Source: Lepidodermella squamata
Lineage: Eukaryota; Animalia; Gastrotricha
Length of the DNA stretch: 64,000 nt
Assembly: GCA_047495785.1 (NCBI GenBank)
Contig: JBLDXI010000042.1
Coordinates: 1,736,001 to 1,800,000, forward strand
Direction of reading: 5' to 3'
Shown here: in pieces, positions 57,656-64,000 of the stretch
Layout: every line of letters starts with the position of its first letter
Position numbering within the stretch: position 1 is the first letter of the stretch
Position numbers and translations under genes: made by a program
Notes under the pieces: generated by a model
What the model saw: the letters and a program-made list of their open reading frames with translations, nothing else
What the model was told of the DNA's origin: nothing
The model's database searches: none

Positions 57656-59935
57656 TTAAGCATATGTTTCACAAAAAAATGCATAGAAATCATTGCTGCA
57701 CGAAAAGTCGAAAATAACAGGGCTACCGCTGAAATAGTCCATAACAGCACAAGCATTTGGACCAGCATTTGGTCGACCGGAGAGCCAAGACGGGATGTTG
57801 GCATAGGGCGCACCATCGACCCACGTCCATTGCCCAGAGTCATTCGACAGGCCAATGTAGCCGTCAGAGTTTGAAGAGGCCGCCAGAGCATCCATAGCTT
57901 CCGCCTGTGTCTTGATTGTCGCCAACAGCCCGCCAATGCCCGCGCAAGTTGCGATTGCCTGGTCGCGAGTCTTTTTGGTTGAGTAGAATTTGAATGTTTT
58001 TACGGCGTTCTGGCAGGCTGACATGCTGGCGAAGGGCGTCGATGGGTATGGCTTCTCAGTGTCCTGGCAAGCTGTCTCTCGGCAAGTAACTGCGCCATTT
58101 GTTGCAAGGCAACGGAAAACCGCCTAATAATAACACCGAATAAATTTCGTGCAAAATTTGAATAATGTCAAATTTCTCAAACTTGGTAGAATGGATAAAT
58201 AATGAGAAAAAATGCAATAAACAATAAATTAACTTCGGGAAAATCGAGAAATTGGAAATTTGTGGTTTTTGTAAAATTTTACATTAAATTCGTGAGATCA
58301 GAGAAATGATTTCCGTCACTATCTATCCGAACAAACATAAAATAAAGAAGTAGTAGTGGTCATTTCAGCAGAAGTGACCGAAAATTGTCGAAATTTGATT
58401 TTATTTCTTGTATGTTTCTCTACATATTGGGTATCGATAACTTACAAGCTATTTCATCAATCACAGCTCACAGCATCCCAATTTAGAAAACTCACCGATC
58501 ACCGAGTTATGAGGAGATCAAAAAAATTGGAGGCATTGCAAAGCTCAAACCTCAAAACGCACCTTCGTGATATCTGACAAACAGGCCTGATAGTTAGCTT
58601 CAAATGAAGTCGAATTCGAGTAGCGCATGATCTTTTAAAAAACAAGAATATCGCTACATGTTGAGAAGTGAATCATTTCAAAAGCGTTTAAACTAGAACT
58701 ATAGAAATATGTGTTATCTACCTGAGTCGAACCAGCAGGACATTCTCTTACGACGCAAAGCTTTGTTCCACCTAAATCACACTGAGCAGCAGCCTGAAAT
58801 ACAAACCCTTATTGGATCCGATTTAAAGATTTTATTACAAAATTTAACTCACGCCTCGAAGGCAGTTATCCCGGTTGATGTACGGCTTTGGAGCTGTTTC
58901 TTGGGTTTCGTTGCTAGGCGAGCAGCCGATTGAGCTGAGACGACAGCCAGTGAAGATTCGCCCAGGGTTGCTGAAACAGCGAACATGTGGCTTCTCACTG
59001 TCTGGCACTTGAACTGAAAAGGGATTCCAACATTGTTGGAACATGTCAAGAGCAGAACTTCCTCACTTTTCCCGTCGACGCATGTAGCAAGGTTGACAAA
59101 TGTTCGACCACCGGCAGCCTGAAAAATGAAGGATCACCATCAACCGACTCTAATAGTGTGCTTTGACAGAATTTAGTAATAAATAAAACTGAAAGCGATA
59201 GAAATTGGAATTTATACAATAGGAAAATTTGACAATTTAATTTCGACAATTCAGATATTTTGAGATTCACATACCGTATTATTCGGACAGGCTTGGCTAA
59301 TTGGGACGCACGTGACTAGCGTACCATTCGACGAGCATTGCTTGAATTTTTGATTCTGAAACGAATCGAAAATCATACTTTCAAAGATGAAATCATGAGC
59401 TATTACTGCAAAATTCATCCGATCGACTTCGCAGTATTCCAAACTTGCGCGAAGTATTGACCGGCTGTAGAATGGCTGAAACTGGTCGCATGAAAATTAA
59501 AAGAAAAAGATGACTGGAATGACGCGATAATGTTATGGTTTAGTTGAATGACGCACCGATATTTCATCAGGAGCTTTGCAAGGAACATTGCCGGGCCGAC
59601 AACTTGGCGTTAAAGCTGCAAATTTGTAACACATGCGGCCATTCTGTTCCGAAAATTAACAAAAGTCGTTTATGAGAAAGCTTTTTATAGAACTACTCAC
59701 CCCACTTCGACATACATCGGACGTAGCAAAACTGGGGCCAGACTATGGGATTTTTACATGGTAGATCGGCTGAATGGTGGAATATTTGAATGAAAACCTG
59801 GTATTGCTTCAATAGGTCACAAGCCACCGAGCAGTCCACGAATGAGTTGTCGAGTAGTGACATACAGCGTTTCCATTGGCACGAAACTCCTCCAAATAGG
59901 CAAAATAATGACAAGTAAGCAACGACCTTCATCAT
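57656..59935 (-). CDS. Type A secreted C-type lectin, 10 exons, RPN-type CTLD
   Basis: MMKVVAYLSLFCLFGGVSCQWKRC start; homologous exons with GT-AG sites; terminal exon 58123-57656. Confidence 0.85.
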
Positions 59936-60509
59936 GTTTCAAATAATCTTGAAAAGAATTGAATGGCTGGAATGAAATAACAAATTCAGTCCACCAAAAA
60001 ATCCAAGCCGCCACCATGTCCGAATTCAATAGGCTGTTTACAATTCGAAATCACGTATTTTTATTTATTTTTATAATTCAATTAAACACGCGACCCCCAA
60101 ATGTTAAAAACACAAAATCGAAACAACATGTTTCTCATATGAATCTATGTGCGACCTCCCAGTAGTCGGAAATCACAGATAAATACGTGAAAATAACATT
60201 GTTATGTATTGAAAACAAGTCGTAGAATGAACTGGTGATTCCGCGCGTTGCGGACAGACAAAATTTGCCATAACGTTCCAATTCATCCTACGCAGTAAAT
60301 CCAAATTTGAGTCTAATCATGTATTTCTTGCCAGATGATAGCTCGTAATAAGCTTTATTAAAAAATACTAACAGTACCAAGCTAGAGTTCATAGCTTTTT
60401 CAACCAAGTTGCGGACAAATTGTTATTTTGTCTGTCCGCAACATGTATAGAACTGTAAGCAGAGTTAATACCACACAATACTGAAACATGTTCATTTCTT
60501 TTATTATTA

Positions 60510-61769
60510 TCAACCGAAAAACTGCTGTGCGCAAATTTCACACGAATAGGGATGGGTCGATAGGGCTGGGTGCAAAATCACGCATTCAACATCGTACACA
60601 TACAAGTCCCTTAACTTGATTCGTGCGACGGCAAGTAGAGCACATGTCCCAAATCGAAGCGTCGCTATCATCACCCTCATCCTCGCCATCATCGGCTATC
60701 GGCTCGCTCTATTCGGCTTGCTTTTCGTGAGGCAACGCGTCGACCCTTCGACACTCGAGTAAGATACGAGAGGATGAGGCATTAGAAAAATGAGATTTTA
60801 CTTACCGTTTCGTGGCGATGGGCTTTCTGGGTTCTTCAACAAAGGTACTCGAAGACGCTGGGTGAAAGTTCAGATCGTCCTCGTCCGCATCTTCAAAGTC
60901 AGCTTCGATGCTGAAGTGTCGGAACCCGCTGCCAGCTGCCAGCATTTCGAAACTTTTGCCAGCCATCGCAGAGATCAAGGACGTTTCTACTACGAAAGGC
61001 TCGTGGATGCGTATGCAATATTGTTTCACAGTTTGCGGGATCGGCTTCACCTCCTCATGGAGCCACTCCGACAGCATCGGCTGACTTCTTCTTAGCTGCA
61101 ATGGAGGACTGATTTTCGTTGCCCATTTTTCAGCCAGCATTACGAACCACAAGATCCCCATCATTTCTTTGCGAACTGCTGATTTTACGCAAGCTCCTAC
61201 GCCATCCACCGCACCCTTTTCGTGATGATAAGAGGCGAAAAAATGCCGCTGAAGGCTTTCCAAGCAAATCTCGCGCACAAGGAAACTTCGACTCCCAAGG
61301 AAATATCGCTGCATAAAGTGGGTCTTCGCATCGTCACTGAAACCGTGGAAGTTGCGTAGGGTCGGATAGCGGAGCTTCAAGTGCGACAACACCTTGAGCA
61401 GAAAGCAATAGGCCGCATTCGATCGCTATATAGCCACAACGTACGAAGCGATATCTGACCCGATCCAGGCGACGAAAGTAAACAAAGTGACTTGTTTATG
61501 GTTCCAATGAGATTACTGGACCTGAGACTAAAAAATGAATGGGCAAGGTTTGCTGAGGTACGGACATATAATTTGAAATTTATTACCTGTTGGTGAAGTG
61601 CGAAAATTTCGGCAAAGTCTATCTGGAGAACGCATGCTGATTCATTAGAATTGGCGATCAATTGGTTATTGGTTAATTGTGGCCTATGCTTGTGGGCCTT
61701 GACCCAGTGACCCAGTAAACGGCATACATTGCCCGTTGTAGAAAAGAGAATTTTCAATAAAAATTGCAA
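60510..61769 (-). pseudogene. Degenerate DDD transposase, Sola2-like
   Basis: Fragments LQIDFAE, (Q)*SHWNHKQVTLF, FSDDAKTHF, HFFASYHHEKGAVDGVGACVK resemble the DFxENY / Q..HW / SDG / HGKG..DG.GG.VK pattern; stops and frameshifts present. Superfamily assignment is from recalled motifs. Confidence 0.6.
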
Positions 61770-61949
61770 TCAGTATTTTTGTCATCAATTTCTTCTATCA
61801 AATCTCGAATATATGTAAAGCGGTTAAGAGTAGTTTATGAGCACGTTTCTAACTGATCAGTTTTTATTGAAGTTACTCTGTGTTAAAGTAAAGCGACAGA
61901 AAATATTCAGAAATTGTTATAGATTGAAGCCAGGCCAGTTTTGTTCTAC

Positions 61950-62956
61950 TTAAGCATAAGTTTCACAAAAAAATGCATAGAAATCATTGCTGCACGAAAA
62001 GTCGTAAATAATAGGGCTGCCGCTGAAATAGCCCATAAGAGCACAAGCATTTGGACCAGCATTTGGTCGACCGGAGAGCCAAGGCGGGTAGTTGGCATAC
62101 GGCGCACCATCGGACCACACCCATTGCCCAGAGTCATTCGACAAGCCAATGTAGCCGTCCGTGTTTGAAGAGGCCGCCAGAGCATCCATAGCTTCCGCCT
62201 GTGTCTTGATTGTCGCCAACAGCCCGCCAATGCCCGCGCAAGTTGCGATTGCCTGGTCGCGAGTCATTTTGGTTGAGTAGAATTTGAATGTTTTTACGGC
62301 GTTCTGGCAAGCCGACATGCTGGTGAAGGACGTCGATGGGTATGGCTTCTCAGTGGCCTGGCAAGCTGTCTCTCGGCATATCACCGCGCCATTTGGTGCA
62401 AGGCACCGAAAGACCACCTAATAATAAAATAAATAAATTTCACGTAAAATTTGAAAAATAAAATTTGTACACATTCGAAAAAATCAAAAGAAAAGCTGAT
62501 CATTTTATTATGCTCCTTAATGATCCGAATTTTTGTTTAATTTTCAATTTAATATTTATGGCAAATCTTTTTTTGAATTCGTGAAATTAGGGTTCAAACC
62601 GCTTGTTATTACCTGAGTCTTCGTAGTCGTTGCCGGCGTTGTAGTCGTTGGATTCGGCGGCTGATAGTAGATCCACCAGGGTAGCGGAGGAGGAGCAACC
62701 ACGTCGCTGCCGTCATCAATTGCATAGTAGAAATAAGGCGAACCCTCGAGTCGATTCACATTCGAGTTGGTGTTAGCATCGTCGCCGAGGGCGATACGCC
62801 GCCATGCTCTGTGCTTGGGCTGCCGCCTGGCAGTAGCAAGTTCCGCTTCAGAAAAAGCGATGCCTAAGCCAGAAGAAAATAATTACTTTTTGACGAAACA
62901 TTAATGAAGAAAGAACAACCTATGAAGGCGAGGCTTATGGAAATTATCAACTGCAT
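61950..62956 (-). CDS. Type B secreted C-type lectin, 3 exons, RPN-type CTLD
   Basis: Exons 62956-62920 (MQLIISISLAFIG), 62863-62613, 62417-61950. Confidence 0.87.
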
Positions 62957-63329
62957 TGCTTATTGTTTTTTAAAATTGAAAATAATGAATTTGAAATTGA
63001 CTTCTCTCATATCGATTTCGCGTGCCTTGAAATAATTAGCATCCCATTGATTTATAGGGCGTTGGGAATTTTGCTTTATGATCTGACAGCCTCGAAATTA
63101 GCGATCAATCGAGCAATAATAAACTCAGCCCCAGGATTGGATTGTCGGCAAAACTTCATGAGAAAATACGACCGAAAATTATTTTTGAGGAATTTTGTTA
63201 TGGAGTATGGATACGATCGACCACACTCTTGGATCAAGCTGCTAACGCAAACCAGAAAATCAATAATTTATGATCAAATCAGCAAAAAATTGTTATTTGA
63301 AATTATTACCAAGCCCTTTTGCCCACATG

Positions 63330-63471
63330 GGGACTACTCCAAAACAAATGAGACTAAAATAAATGATACCATAACAGCCAAACTTTTCGATTGTTGCGCA
63401 ACGAGAACAATCGGATTTTTTTGGCTGTTTTGGTCTCTTTCGTTTTGTCTTGGCTGTTTTGGAGTAGTCCC
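63330..63471. mobile_element. 142-bp MULE-type MITE
   Basis: 17-bp TIR GGGACTACTCCAAAACA; 9-bp TSD GCCCACATG. Confidence 0.82.
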
Positions 63472-64000
63472 GCCCACATGACCATCTGGATGGTAATCGG
63501 GACCAGTTTTCACATGCTTGAAAGTTCATTTTCCCAATTTTGAACACAACTTCAGAATCCTCAGCTCAATTCCTATCTCAGCAATGTGAAAAAAGTTTCG
63601 AAGTTTCGAACTTCTAATATTAAAAATGGCAGAAAAGAAAACGTTGAGCGTGGAAAGTGGAAAGCTTTCCTAGTCGGGTTTAGTTTCAGAACCAAGCCTT
63701 CAAGAACACTCTATGATTCGGGAACCTTCCAGATTATTGCATACACATTTATGAAGACCTTTTTGTTTTCTGTTAGCTACAGATCGTATTATTGTATAAA
63801 AGTTACAAGCTCTTGCCCCTGCTTTTGTTCTCGGTCCTTACATTAAGGTCGAAATATGAGACAAATCCTCGCAGTTCAAATTGAAAAAACAGGTTGAATT
63901 CGTCAAAGGGGAGCCAATACTTAATAAAATCCCACAGATCAATGGTCGAAGGTCGAAAAGGCGCATTGTAACATCTTGAAGTTGCCGTAATTCTTGACTT

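Noticed and set aside
62963-63481. 172-aa ORF upstream of the last type B gene
   Set aside because: It runs antisense across the promoter module and a MITE, has a non-ATG start and shows no domain features.

Overview
Eukaryotic (invertebrate, nematode-like) genomic DNA with short ~50-60 nt introns and TTTCAG-type acceptors; the species cannot be named from sequence alone. The window is a fast-evolving cluster of secreted C-type lectin (CTLD) genes of two architectures. Type A has 10 exons: signal peptide, six unusual 4-Cys modules, then the CTLD (8 copies, including a partial copy, an internally deleted copy and disrupted copies). Type B has 3 exons: signal peptide, a conserved Trp/Tyr-rich peptide, a Thr stalk, and the same kind of terminal exon (3 copies). 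In two separate places a type A and a type B gene carry nearly the same lectin exon, so one recognition head sits on two unrelated scaffolds. Also present: a ~1342-codon type I membrane receptor gene (four tandem L-type-lectin/ConA-like domains, TSP1, furin site, TM) whose only visible lesion is a stop at codon 3; an atypical Kunitz gene; an apparently identical 4794-bp tandem triplication whose middle copy carries an intact I/Jockey-group LINE (11-bp TSD); a 6.9-kb foldback structure; CACTA, MULE-like, hAT, pogo-like and Sola2-like DNA transposon derivatives; and decayed tRNA genes downstream of the lectin genes. All gene models and identity statements come from manual reading, not from database searches or computed alignments.
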